From: Octopus vulgaris
Taxonomy: Eukaryota
Assembly: GCA_951406725.2 (NCBI GenBank)
Contig: OX597834.1
Location: 9,858,001-9,922,000 of the forward strand
DNA length: 64,000 nucleotides
Reading direction: 5' to 3'
Part shown: piece after piece, positions 1 through 12,531 of the stretch
How positions within the stretch are numbered: position 1 is the stretch's first letter
Layout of the letters: every line of letters begins with the position of its first letter
Position numbers and translations under genes: made by a program
The notes under the pieces: generated by a model
Told to the model about the DNA's origin: nothing
Database searches by the model: none
The model's input: only the letters and a program-made list of their open reading frames with translations

Positions 1-71
1 TTTTCAAACTGATGATGGAAAGAGTTATTAGAAATTAAATTGCAGTTTTGACAGCAACTTTCGTCCATATA

Positions 72-461
72 TCTTTATATATAAAAGTGAAGTTGTGTGT
101 CTGTCTCCTACGATTTAGATTCCTAACTACTCCCACATTTTGCGGTGCAGTTTAACCAAAAGCGGGTATCTTATAGTCGTGATTCATATCGAGCCCTTCT
201 GGGTATTAGGGCGCGTCTATGATGAGTGTACGATTTTTTAAAAATTTACCATCAATTTTTCCCATTTTAATGCATTTTTTCGCTATGATATAAGGGAAGT
301 AACTCTCTAAAAATGTCTACGATGAGTCAACGATTTTTTTAAAATTACCATTTTTTTCCATTATTAATGCATTTTGTTTCTATGTTTTGGCTATAACTCT
401 CTAAAAATGCTTTATAATTATTTCCCTTACAAACCCGAGCAACGTCGGGCGATACTGCTAG
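72..461 (+). mobile_element. Non-autonomous Helitron, copy 1
   Basis: Starts TC after A71; ends with hairpin CCCGA-GCAACG-TCGGG (434-449), 8 nt, then CTAG(458-461) before T462; internal ~90-bp direct repeat; near-identical copy at 38599-38995. Confidence 0.85.
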
Positions 462-906
462 TATTTGATAAGAAAAAAACAAGTCAGTTATTTCTGAAAA
501 CAGTACTGAAAACATTTCCTAGTGTACACATTCAAATTACTTACCGTCAATTCAATTAGATTAATTCCTGATTCCCCACAAAGCTCAAATAATTTTCCCA
601 ATACTTTACTGATACGAAAGCCGTGAAAGAGCTGCTTCTATTGTGTTCATTTAGAAAATATCAATAGAAGACTACAGTAAAATAATTGGATTCAAACTGG
701 AATTGGATTCACTTTTAAGAATCACAGTATTTTAGTTTTCCAGTTTGCAGCCGTTCGCTACAAGAAATCTGTATATGGAATCTGGAATTGCAAGAAATAG
801 CAGTCGAATCTTCTGCATCCCCCGCAAAAATTGTAATTAGTAAAATAAAGAAGACATTACGTAATGTCTGAAGAAGATTAGATTATCAGGACGGGAAATG
901 TGTTTG

Positions 907-953
907 GGATCTTTTCTGTTTCAACGGCAGTTTTTTCTAGCGGTGTAATATGA
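907..953 (-). mobile_element. Truncated end of the GGATC-TIR MITE family
   Basis: GGATCTTTTCTGTTTCAACGGCAGTTTTTTCTAGCGGTGTAATATGA matches the reverse complement of the right end of 2297-2723. Confidence 0.7.
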
Positions 954-1442
954 ACAAACATAAAGATACTGATTTCCTACTTTACTACACGGTATCAAAT
1001 ATATAAAATGATGTAACCTTTAACTAAATTATTAAAAACGATATGCATTTCTGAAATTAAAACAAAAGTTATAGATTTTAAAAAATTACAACTTCTTAAT
1101 TTCCGTTTTTTTCCCACTGTTTGCGTGCTTGAACCCGCTACGACGTATTTCCTTCCAAATTTCCCTTTTAAAATGTTCTGCATTTTCAAAATAAATTCTT
1201 ATAGAAATACGAACGTGAATGTTACCATTAACAGTTCCTGTAGACTTTAGTTGTTTCTTTTCTAATTTCGTAATTTTGATATCTATATATTCTGCTTGAG
1301 GCGGCGAGCTGGCAGAATCATTGCATTCTAAGTTCAAATGTCGCTGGAATCTATTTACACTTTCGTCCATTCGGGGCCAGTCACTGGTTTCGGTGTATTC
1401 GACTTAGATCCACCACAGATATTGTTGGTAGTGTGTCAAAAT

Positions 1443-1709
1443 GTGGAAGCGCGTGGCTTAGTGGTTAGGGCGTCAGCACCATGATCGTAAGATTGTGGTT
1501 TCGATTCCTGGACCGGGCGACGCGTTGTGTTCTTGAGCAAAACACTTCATTTCACGTTGCTCCAGTTCACTCAGCTGGCAAAAATGAGTAACGCTGATAT
1601 CGACTGGCGTCCCGTCCAGCTGGGGAAAACATACGCCATTGAAACCGGGAAACCGGGCCCATAAGCCTGGCTAGGCTTTAAAATGGCGCATTTATTTAAT
1701 AAAGAAATA
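1443..1709 (+). mobile_element. tRNA-derived SINE (head H1, CORE-like body B1, tail T1)
   Basis: A-box-like TGGCTTAGTGG, B-box-like GTTTCGATTCC; body GTTGTGTTCTTGAGCAAAACACTT; 16-bp flanking repeat GGTA(G/T)TGTGTCAAAAT at 1427-1442 and 1710-1725. Confidence 0.8.
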
Positions 1710-2000
1710 GGTATTGTGTCAAAATTTGAAAGCAATATTTTTACATATTCTCCGTTGTTCATTTATCCATTGTAAGAAAAAAAAAAAGAGAATATATTCA
1801 TTTCATTGTAATCCTATTTCACATTTCTCCTAAAATAAACTAATATAAACGGAGTCAGCTTGTAAAGTATATCTGCATATTTCAAATCCAAATTTATCAG
1901 TAAACGTAATTTAGAATATATTTAAGGAAAACCTTGCTTAGTTCTGATATATTTTGATTGTGAATTCATTTTAAATTAAATCACCATTTGTATTTATAAT

Positions 2001-2035
2001 CTAATTTTATTTCTTCTTTCTATTTTTAGGTAAGT
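2001..2035 (+). promoter_or_regulatory. Candidate recursive splice site (branch point, pyrimidine tract, AG|GTAAGT)
   Basis: CTAAT at 2001-2005, T/C-rich tract 2005-2027, AG 2028-2029, GTAAGT 2030-2035. Motif only; no transcript evidence. Confidence 0.4.
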
Positions 2036-2296
2036 ACCTTGAATTATTTCACAATTTTGCGGATATAGCTACCTGCTGTAAACGCATCGAATTATATCAA
2101 GTAAGATCTTTAAAAGGATTCCTTTTTTGTTGTGTTGTTCGTTTGAATATTTATATGTAAAGTATATATGAATTAAAAAAAAAACAGTAATACCTAAAAT
2201 TGAAGTGTATTTCATGTAATTTACATTGCATTTATCTTGTATTTCTGGTGTAAATATGATATACACGTTTCTAGTCAGTGAAGTAGGTAAACGTAG

Positions 2297-2723
2297 GGAT
2301 CTTTTCGGTTTGAACGGCAGTTTTCAGCATAATTTCTAGGTAACTCAAAAATTTTAAACTTTGTATACTGGTAGAATGTGTTTATAAAACATCTTTTTCT
2401 CTTGGCTTCATTTAGAAAATTCTATAGTTTGTAAGATATTTGTTGTTTTTTCTTCAATTTCTGCAATTTCAACCAATCAGTGACGTCTATTGAGGTAAAA
2501 AAACTTTCTGTGCCGTATGAATATGTCCATTGTTTAAGAAACAGATTGGGTTTATTTACATTTCTGAAGAAAAAAAGATACCCTTCCCCCACCCCTATCC
2601 CTAACTAACCCTAACCCTAAAATAGATTGAAATGCAATAGATCGAGACTAGGGTCATAATTATGGGTGACAATTTCATATTACACCGCTAGAAAAAAACT
2701 GCCGTTCAAACCGAAAAAGATCC
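2297..2723 (+). mobile_element. MITE with ~28-bp TIRs and 8-bp TSD (Merlin-like)
   Basis: TIR GGATCTTTTCGGTTTGAACGGCAGTTTT and its reverse complement; TSD AAACGTAG at 2289-2296 and 2724-2731; internal CCCTAA repeats. GG termini plus 8-bp TSD fit Merlin; the superfamily call is inference. Confidence 0.8.
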
Positions 2724-3268
2724 AAACGTAGTGTATGAATTGCTTATGAATTCGTACGTTTCCTAAAATATTTTAACTGAAATTCATTTCTGTATGACTT
2801 CTTTGTTCTGTATGACTTCCTCATATGCGTAGGTATTCTCTCACACATTCACTAACTCACGCACATACCAGAACTGAAACTTTCACGCAAACTTTAAAAC
2901 ATTAATATTTTGTGATCATTCAATTTAAACACAATCGCAAAGCTATATTCCTCATTACAGTTGAAATTGAAAATTTCCCACCTGTCTGTGAATATTTTAA
3001 TAAATAATTCTTAGTACTTTTACTGATTAATGATGAGGTGATTGTTTTATTTTTCAAGCAAGTAATTAGCAGAATCATTATATTTCCGGAGTCGGTGATA
3101 GGTTATATAGTTTAAATCACCTCGGAATTGACCTTGCTTGTCTTCTTTCAAGTATAGGATTGCTATCACTGAATATACTGTTCTAGCATATATATTCGGC
3201 CCTGTACTCTCCTATGAAATCGTGCTAACGGCTCAAGTTCAACTACAATTCTATCGATTACCTTTGTG

Positions 3269-3691
3269 GGAACCTTTCGGTTTGAACGACAGTTTTTTTC
3301 TAGCGGTGTTATGTGAAATTGTCACTCATAATTATGACCCTAGTATCGATCTATTGCATTTCAATCTGTTTTAGGGTTAGTTAGGGTTGGTGGTGGGGCG
3401 AAGTGTATCTTTTTTTCCTCACAAATGTAAATAAACCGAATCTGTTTCTTAAACGAGGGACATATTCATACGGAACAGAATGTTTTTTTTTACTTCAATG
3501 GACGTCAGTGATTGATTGAAATTGCAGAAATTGAAGAAAAAGGAGCAAATGTCTTGCAAACTATAGAATCTTCTCAATAAAGCGAAGAGAAAAAGATGTT
3601 TTATAAACACATTCTACCAGTATACGAAGTTTAAAATTTTGTAGTTACATAGAAATTATGTTAAAAACTGCCGTTCAAACCGAAAAGATCC
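3269..3691 (-). mobile_element. Second copy of the same MITE, inverted
   Basis: Both TIRs present; interior is the reverse complement of 2297-2723 (TTAGGG-like repeats); no TSD recognised. Confidence 0.8.
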
Positions 3692-3989
3692 TAAACAGTT
3701 ATAATGCAGACTGAAAGAAGTATATGAAGGTGATATAATGTACTTCCACGGCGTAGGTTTTTATGATTTAATTTCTGTAAAGTACAAACTGATTACTGGA
3801 AAATAAAACAGACTCTATCATAACGTTAAATTTCGGATAGATATTACATCGGCAATGAATCATGATAAAAGAGAAGCAGCGCACTATTTTAATCCACTGC
3901 TAATCAGTAAAATGATACGAACCTAGAGGAAACGACAACCTTTAAATCAAATCTGCAAGGCGTAGCAAACACAATCTACGTCCATGAAT

Positions 3990-4790
3990 TGTAAAATGAC
4001 CAGAAGTAGAAGTTTTAGACATGCGTGTTATACAAAAGAAGTTCGGGCTTTTTAATATCCACTAAAATGATTATGCGCCGTTGAAGACTGACAACATTGG
4101 GGAGTGACATGAACGATTCTTAAAGAGTTAATTGCTTTGTGCTCAACATTTACGGTGAGAAATAAAACTGTAGGAGATCAGGACAAGAAGAGCAAAAAAT
4201 GCCCCATGGATACGTAGATTTAATCAAATGTCATTCACAAACAAGCGATGAATGCAAGAAAAGGGAGTAATTTTTGTCTTCCATACACAGCAAACATATA
4301 AGGAATTACTTTGACATTTGACATGCCATTAAAGATCGGAGAATCGAAAGGTGCTGAATCTGTGGTTGTTATAACATGCGGCCATGAGAAAACGCACTTC
4401 ACAATTGTATTAAATTCATTCATGAAGCAAAACTGCCATCTTTGCTTTTCAAAAGAAATACAATAACTGAAGAAAGGATATCCAATTGCATTTGTATCCA
4501 TGTTCATGCAAAAGGTTGGAGGGATGAAAGAAGAATTGTTTTGTGGCTTGATAATGTGAGGTTCAAGCGTACAGATGCGCTGTTACAGAAAAGTGCATTC
4601 TTTTGGATCGGTTTTCTCTCATAGATTTATTGGATAATTAAAGACTCAATTGGTTGGAAATCCAAGAGACCTCCAAGCTGTTTCTAAGATCCTATTGCCG
4701 AAAATTCTAGTGTTGCGGAGAATAATAAGGACACCAACAGTGTGGCTGGGTTTTCAGGCATTGCAGATGCTGATTTAAACATGGTCTTCT
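3990..4790 (+). pseudogene. Degenerate pogo/Tigger-family (DDE_1) transposase
   Basis: From 4311: LTFDMPLKIGESKGAESVVVITCGHEKTHFTIVL; then LFKRNTITEER..VHAKGW..WLDNV..KRTDALLQK; then KTQLV. Colinear with the POGK-type motifs PLTFDMP, TGHEKTHFTVVL, VHEKGWMD, KTQLAVIPGG; many stops and frameshifts. Confidence 0.8.
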
Positions 4791-5000
4791 AGGTCTTGTA
4801 AATGGCCATTAAAAGAAACTGTGTCAAACGTTTCTTTTTAATTTTTCCTTTATTGTTATGTACACTAGCCTCTGATGTTCGCTGAAATACCAGGAGTGCA
4901 TTCAGTTTTTATTCTTTTTTTCCTGCTCTTTATGTTTTACTAACATCCATTGAAAATTCACTTTGTCTGCGTATACTGTAACTATTCATAAGTAACAGTT

Positions 5001-5130
5001 AAGCACTGGGGTCAATGTAATCGACTTAATCCGTTTGTATGTCCTTGTTTGTCCCCTCTGTGTTTAGTTCATTGTGGGTAGTAAAGAAATAGGTATTTCA
5101 TCTGCTGTTACTTTCCGAGTTCAAATTCTG
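5001..5130 (+). mobile_element. SINE family A, 3' fragment plus start of a second unit
   Basis: CACTGGGGTCAATGTAATCGACTTAATCC...GTAAAGAAATA followed by GGTATTTCATCTGCTG. Confidence 0.8.
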
Positions 5131-6050
5131 AGGAAATTATTTACATTAATTGTAACTTGCTGTTTGTTTTTCCTTCAATTTTTAACTATACCGATTTTCT
5201 TTACTTTGCTTGTCACTAGATTCAATGATAGCCATTTCCCTAGTTTTTACGATGGCAAATTTCACTTACATTCCTTTAAAGATTACGGTAAATTCACGTT
5301 GTTTGTTTTCATCACCTGTTTCACTATAATATCACCGCATTTTATTTACATGGTCAGCACCATAGGTTTTCCCTTACAAAGCTCAACCGAAGTACTTTAC
5401 AATAAATATATCATGAAAGATGTTACAATATGTATTCATGAAATACACTTAAAAATACGGTAATTTTGATTGATTATGTAACTATAGAAATAACAATGCT
5501 TATTCCTCATGAAACAGATGTTGGAATAAATTAAAGTACCACGTGTTTATGAAAATTACTACACATTTACTGCATTTATTCTATATATGTGCGTGTGTCT
5601 GCTTGTGAGTGAGTATTACGATAAAAAATTATATTAGTCACAGTTGATATGTTTTTTCTATAACGCCTTTCCCATAATGACATTCTTTCATTATTAAGAA
5701 ACTTAAAGTCAGTAGACTGCTGTCATGATGAGAAAGCTTTTTGCAAGGATTCAACTCATTCCATTCACCACTATTGATCTGCATGGTAAACATAACACGG
5801 TTTATAAGTAATACTGGCATGAGTGTTGTACTTCTACAAATTCCTTATAAAAACACTACGAGGCACACACATAGATGTGTCAGAAAGTCAAATGCATAAA
5901 AACATATACGTGTTAATATTTAGCAGATGTATCAGATTGACTGAAGTTCCTACGGTTTCGTGACCAACGCCTGATTTTCTGGTACTTATACCAGATATTA
6001 ATAAAAAGAAATATACACATACTCATATTTTTACTGCTTCTTTCAACATA

Positions 6051-6458
6051 GGCGTAGGAGTGGCTGTGTGGTAAGTAGCTTGTTTACGAACCACATGATT
6101 CCGGTTTCAGTCCCACTGCGTGGCACCTTGGGCAAGTGTCTTCTATTATAGCCTCGGGCCGACCAAAGCCTTGTGAGTGGATTTGGTAGAGGGAAACTGA
6201 AAGAAGCCCGTCTTATATATGTATATATATATATATATATGTGTATATATTTGTGTGTCTGTGTATGTCCCCCCAACATCGCATGACAACCGATGCTGGT
6301 GTGTTTACGCTCCCGTAACTTGGCTGTTCAGCAAAAGAGACCGATAGAATAAGTACTAGGCTTACAAAGAATAAGTCCTGGGGTCGATTTGCTCGACTAA
6401 AAGGTGGTGCTCCAGCAGGGCCACAGCCAAATTACTGAAACAAGTAAAAGAGTAAAGC
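6051..6458 (+). mobile_element. SINE family B (internal TA/TG microsatellite), full length
   Basis: Head GGAGTGGCTGTGTGGTAAGTAGCTTG, B-box-like GGTTTCAGTCCC, body CCTTGGGCAAGTGTCTT, tail GAAACAAGTAAAAGAG; several copies in window. Confidence 0.85.
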
Positions 6459-7744
6459 GTATGCCTATATGTCTGTGTGTTTGTGTGTATATAAAATGTT
6501 ACGTGTTAGACATGCTCCTAATTCTTCGTAGATTTTATAAAGTACGAACAAGTTCATTGAAATGTCTACATCACATGATCAATAACAGTGAAGCAAATAG
6601 CTAATCTGTTTATATACCCGTCAAGTAGCTCACAGCAGTTGAACTACTAATTTGCATATCTTAAATGTTTACCAATTTATCTGACATTAAAAACCTATCA
6701 AAGAGAAGCTCAAACCGGAGAGTATCGAGGTATAATTTATTATATGTAAACATACCATAACGATTTCTCCGTACATTGAAAAAATATTGAGAGACTTAAT
6801 TGATTTTCAGCTCTTACATGGGGAAGAAACCCATAACAATGTTATGGCGAAGCGAACATCTTTTTTTAGACCATGGTTATATCTGTCTCAGTAAGATACG
6901 TAAATGCTATAGAGTATTCTTATCTGCTATATTTATTTACTTTCCTGGTGTCCACATTGAATGTTTGGTAATCAAACCGGAGGCTTGGCAAACTTTAACT
7001 GAAAAAAAAAAAAACATAAAAACACATTTTGAGATAAAATAAAGAAAATCAAGAAATAGTGACGTCATATAACATTGGTAGGCGTATTATGACGGAAATA
7101 TAAGGAGGTGAATTCATCTGGGAATCGAAGTGTTTTCATGGAATACGTACATCAGGATTTTAAATTTTCCACTACGTAGCTCGACGCATATTCAATCAAG
7201 GATATTGATATCGAATAATATCGATAGCATATACCCATATCATACAAATCTAATCAGATAAGAACTTATAATAACATTGCTTATAATGGAATTCGTACTA
7301 TGAGTGAATTCTCATTATATATTCCTCTGTGTGTGCGTACGTATGTATACACGTATGTACGTATGAATGTATGTATGCATATATGTATTTATGTATACAC
7401 TGGCACACAAATGCATACATATATATACCTAAATCTCCGTATATGTGCAGATATATGAATGCATATGTTCTCAGAGGCACATATGCAAAAGCACGCCACA
7501 CACAATAATATTTATAGAAAGAAATAGAAATATACTGAAGTAAACAGAAACAGACTTACTGAAGCAGACTGTGAGGTCAAATATTTTGTAAACTTACAAC
7601 GAATATTCTTTCAAGTAAGCGTGTGGGAAAGTGATCCTTGAACATGAAATATAGACACTTTACAAACGGGCAAACCCTCACACACACACACACATGCACA
7701 TACACATGTATACAGAATGTACGTTAATCAAATGTAAGGTACCT

Positions 7745-7930
7745 TGACGTTAGCTCCTACTCGCATTTTTTTCTCTCCTTGTTTTTTTCTGTGTATCTTT
7801 CTGTCGAAGAGCGTAGGCTCGAAACGTAAAAGACTTTTATCTATTCCTGAGCGCTATAATAATACATTTGTTTGTTTGTACTCCACCTGCCTTCGTCTTT
7901 TGTTTTTATTTTCGTAAACTTTCCCTTTAC
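7745..7930 (+). mobile_element. Short Penelope-like (pLTR-type) repeat carrying a hammerhead-like motif
   Basis: TCTTT-CTGTCGA-A-GAGC-GTAG-GCTC-GAAA-CG-TA-AAAGA at 7796-7833; PLE origin inferred from the motif. Confidence 0.55.
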
Positions 7931-8576
7931 ATTGAAATCCATGCATTGAAATAACTCTATAGGATTTATAATTCCCTTCCATGGACGTTAAGATGTCTTT
8001 CGTACAGGAATATGTAAAAGAAACTTACGTAGAAAGAAATCGCGTTCATCAGAATGTCTTCCAGTAAACTGTTGCTTTTTCATAATTACAGTTTTGAATT
8101 TTATTAATCTCTTTAAGATCTTGAAGAAAGAAATATACTCTTGAGACCTACAAAGTATTTATAACAGTCGTGTATATTAGTTTTGAATGTTACTGCTCCT
8201 GTTGTAGGAATAATATAATGCATTTCATTTGTTCCTGTTTCTCAAATTTTCAGTGAATTTCTTTAGGTTCCGTGTATGAATGCAAATAACGCCATTAAAT
8301 TATCTACTGTGTTACCTTCGGTTTAAAGCGAGATGATTACGTACATATTTTTAACTTCACTTTCCCAGTAGATGTTTCTTTTCTTTCAAGAATATTTGAA
8401 TGATTTTCCTTAATTTTACGTTGGTGGTCCGGTACATCTTGTTATTACATCGATTGTCTGTGTTGTGTTGCATTTGTGTTTGTGGTATTTCAGGCAAATC
8501 ATAAAAACACCTGCCGATATAAAATATGCAAAAATGGAAATTACACATCTCACTAGGCTGTCCACGTACACAAAAG

Positions 8577-8980
8577 ATATGTGTTGCAAGAAGCTTGCTT
8601 CCCAACCACATGGTTCCGATTTCAGTCCTACCTGTGGAGAACCTTGGACAAGTGTTTTCTACTATAGCCTCGGGTCGCTCATAGCTTCGTCAGCGCATTT
8701 GATATACGGAAACTGAAAGAAGCCCGTCGTGAATATACAGATATATATGTGTGTGTGTGTGTGTGTGTATGTGTGTGTGTGCTTGTCTCACCATGACTTC
8801 TCGAAAACCGGTGTTGGTGTGTTTACGTCCACTTACCTGAGCTATTCGTCAAGAGTGATCAATAGAATAAATACTGGGCTTACAAAGAATAAGTCCCGGG
8901 GTCGAGTTGCTCGACTAAAGACAGTGCTCCAGCATGTCCGCAGTCAAATGACTGAAACAAGTAAAAGAGTAAAAAAAAGA
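8577..8980 (+). mobile_element. SINE family B, diverged copy
   Basis: Colinear with 6051-6458 including the internal GT array and tail. Confidence 0.8.
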
Positions 8981-10416
8981 GTATATATATATATAGTGAG
9001 AGACAGTGTGTGAGAGATAGCCTTGCTAGTTTCACCTGTTTGTCGCAGTGGCGTGAAACTTGGTTTATGACTCACGCTCTCAGCTTCAGTTTTAATAAGA
9101 AACGCTTTGTGGGTGTGAGTGCATGTATGAAGAGAGAGAGAGAGAGGGGAGGGAGGGGGCAGAGAGAGAGAACTAGATGGGTCATTAACATCATTAACTC
9201 TCTATTATTATTATTTTATTCATGATTTTATTTCTGGGTTTTCGTTGTATAAATTATCCTACTGTGATTCTAGAGCGCTGTATGAACATCTAAATTCCGA
9301 AGACGTACTCAGAACTGGGTATTCTGTTATTCCTGCCTTTTCCCAGAATGTTTTGATCCCAAGTGAAGTGAAACGTCTTTATACGATAATTGGAACTGCA
9401 TTGCATGCTAGAGGGAACAGATCGTTGTTGCGTTTGTTGTGAGTAATTTGTGGAGACTAGCATGGAAGATTTTTCTATCGGATATTCATATGAGTACATC
9501 GGCAAGAGATGTTCATGTCGTCTCAGGGTAATTTGTTCCACAGTTTAAATGAAGTCAAGTGTATTTCTATATTTGTCATTGATGTTTGCGTATGTGCAGC
9601 TGTTACAGTTTATGCTATTTTGATACCAAATTTTATGTTCTCATTCTAGTTATACATTCTATCCTCATCAGCGATCATTATTCTTAAGTACGCCATTCCC
9701 CTCAGCAATCAATTTACAATTTTCGTTTCGCTTTTGTCAAACAATATACAGTTATTATCATTTCTCTTCTGCTCTTGTGTGCAAAGCAACAGACAAGACG
9801 TAGATATATAAACATTAAGTAACAATTTAAAAATTACATAATATTCTATGGTATTCGCAGTCCGTCTGCCTAGAGTTAGAAAATGCAGTTGTAATTATGT
9901 TTCCATTGAATCCACGGCTAATTCAGTAACAACATATTGAAAAGTTTTGATTACAGCATTAACTATTGCTACCAGGCAGAAACACAAACACAATTTCAGA
10001 CAAGAATCTATTATACGTTTAAAAATTGAAAATGAACCTCATTGAGTTTATATTTGAAATGCTACCAAATAAAATCATGTATCTAGCCATGCACATGAAG
10101 ATATCGTATGCAGTCATGTGTTCCAGGATATATATTGATCTTTGTTAAGTATATTATCAAGTCCCAGGGGCAAGTGATGGAGTTCAATACCTTGGGGTGT
10201 ATAAAGATTACAGGTCGGAAACAGTTCAGTTTATATGTTCTGTCTACTAATTGGAAATTGATTCGTGCGAACACATCTTTCTACTCAGACTACAAAAATG
10301 TGACCAGACAAACCGAATTAAATACAAAATAAATACTTAAATCTCAAAGTTAGATAATTAAGTCGTTCCAGATTTCGTATATTCTTTCCTTGATTTTGTC
10401 AAGAATAGAACCCTCT

Positions 10417-10423
<7 letters not shown>

Positions 10424-10461
<38 letters not shown>
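10424..10461. repeat. (TA)n microsatellite
   Basis: Direct reading. Confidence 0.95.
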
Positions 10462-10465
<4 letters not shown>

Positions 10466-10929
10466 TTATTTTAATAACTTTGTAAATTTCAGATCATGGT
10501 GTTTAGGCAGAACAGCGAAACTCCAAATTGAAATGTTCCTATGCATTCTATATAAGTTCTGGCACATTTGCAAAGAAAAAATATTTATTCCGTTGCAATA
10601 TTCTCTTAACACTTCCATCTTCATTATGTTCCAGTCTTCAATAAACCTTGCCATTTATACAAAACACGTACTGATACTACAAACCATATTTGCTAAGGTA
10701 GAGAAAAAAGTTGAAATCATTTAAGAGTGATCTGTAAAAGGTTACAATACGGCAAGAATTTCCAGGATATTCTCATTGTAAGTTAATTGGAGAAGCGAGA
10801 AGTACATTTTGAAAATCTAGAAATTGAATAACAATTTAGTTGTGACTAATTAGCGTAGATAAAAATATCGGCCAATGAAATATTTCGTCAGTCGCAAAGC
10901 AAACATATACCCACACATATGCATATAAG

Positions 10930-10959
10930 CACCGCCTATATGCACATATATATATATAT

Positions 10960-11028
<69 letters not shown>

Positions 11029-11113
11029 CAGATATGTATAATATAATATATAGAGAGAGATATATAGATATACATACGTATATGCTTATAAATGCATATA
11101 TTTATATACACAG

Positions 11114-11145
<32 letters not shown>

Positions 11146-11182
11146 GTATATTTATGCAAACATATATATACAGATATGTATA

Positions 11183-11223
<41 letters not shown>

Positions 11224-11254
11224 TTATGCAAACATATATATACAGATATGTATA

Positions 11255-11293
<39 letters not shown>

Positions 11294-11520
11294 TTATGCA
11301 AACATATATATACAGATATGTATAATATAATATATATATATATATATGTATATTTATGCAAACATATATATACAGATATGTATAATATAATATATATATA
11401 TATTTATAGATATATAGATATACTTACATATATCCTTATAAATGTGTATATATATATATATATATATATATGCATATATATGTGTGTGAATGTGCATGAC
11501 TCTATGTATATATGTATGCA
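10930..11520. repeat. Compound TA/CA array with an ~60-bp unit (GTATATTTATGCAAACATATATATACAGATATGTATAATATAA+(TA)n) repeated about 4 times
   Basis: Unit visible at about 11138, 11218, 11288 and 11348. Confidence 0.9.
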
Positions 11521-11962
11521 TGCATGGACTTTGTATATGTATGTACGTTTGTAGGAACATATGTATGAATGCAATGATGTATTGAGCGAGAACACACTCT
11601 GACAAATTATATCTGAGCCATAAGTCCACAAATTATCCGGTCTTAATTAGCTCACTCTAGCTTTCTGCACTTACAGGTGCGACATCAGTCTACATGATAA
11701 GTATGGAACGTAGTTAAGTAATTCTGTAATATCACATCAAACAATGACATGTACCAACACGAGGCTCTTATCGAGAGAAGTCGGAAAAGTTGACAAACTT
11801 TCCAAATTAAATGACAAAATATAACAATTCATATTTTACAAACTCTAGACATAATATTGTTCTCCTTTCATGATGTTGGGAATTTCATTTGTGCTGTTAA
11901 TCAAACGAAATCTTCTCAGCAAGGTGTTGATAATACCTTTGAATTCTCACAAAACAGTTTAA

Positions 11963-12531
11963 CTTAAAACTATTGAATTTCTAAATGTCTCAGAGAGGCA
12001 TAAGCGGTGGTGGAGCGATATAGTGGTCGTATACTGTCAACTCAATGTGACAGTCCCGTAAGGGAATTACATCACCGCCATTTAGCCCTAGGAAACATCG
12101 ACATCGGCTTTGACACATTTTCTGTGCCCTTATATTTGCAAAGGGGAGGCAATCACCCCCGCAAGTCGGGACAAGGCACCAGAAGACATGTTTCTGAGTG
12201 TATTGCTCATCGTCAGTTCAGGGTAGCCTGCCTAGCTCGCTGAGATGACTGCAACCTGTCTGCAAATATATCATATTGTCAGAAAAATTTATTTACTGAT
12301 CACCGAAATTAGAAATATTGAATTTCTAAATGTCTCAGAGAGACATAAGCGGCGGTGGAGCGATATAGTGGTTGTATGCTGTCGACTCAACGTGATAGTC
12401 CCGTAAGGGAATTACACCACCTCCGTTTAGCCCTAGGCAACATCGACGTCTCCTGTCGGCTTTGACACATTTTCTGTGTCCTTTTATTTGCAAAGGGGAC
12501 TGTCACATTGAGTTGACAGCATACAACCACT
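11963..12531. repeat. Duplicated ~190-bp unit with an inverted 37-bp tail, flanked by ACAGTTTAA direct repeats
   Basis: Units at ~11970-12170 and ~12316-12497; 12495-12532 is the reverse complement of 12366-12402; 9-mer at 11954-11962 and 12532-12540. Confidence 0.7.

Noticed and set aside
9-40. Canonical CTGATGA hammerhead core near the window start
   Set aside because: No complementary stem II before the next GAAA and the context is cut by the window edge.
1086-1370. 94-aa minus ORF
   Set aside because: No recognisable domain; it overlaps a SINE head fragment at about 1300-1320.
1443-1515. tRNA-like heads of SINEs as tRNA genes
   Set aside because: No closable acceptor or anticodon stems; each continues into a SINE body.
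5930-5990. Minus-strand GGTCAC-GAAA-CCGTAGG resembling a PLE hammerhead end
   Set aside because: The 5' half of the core and stem II cannot be reconstructed.
9245-9541. Minus-strand FWEKAGITEYPVL resembling a hAT dimerisation domain
   Set aside because: The following STYxCExxFS motif is not convincingly present.
10493-10697. 205-nt open stretch between TTTCAG and AAG|GTAGAG, with an opposite-strand ORF and acceptor too
   Set aside because: Neither peptide is recognisable and both strands give equally plausible signals; chance is likely in AT-rich DNA.
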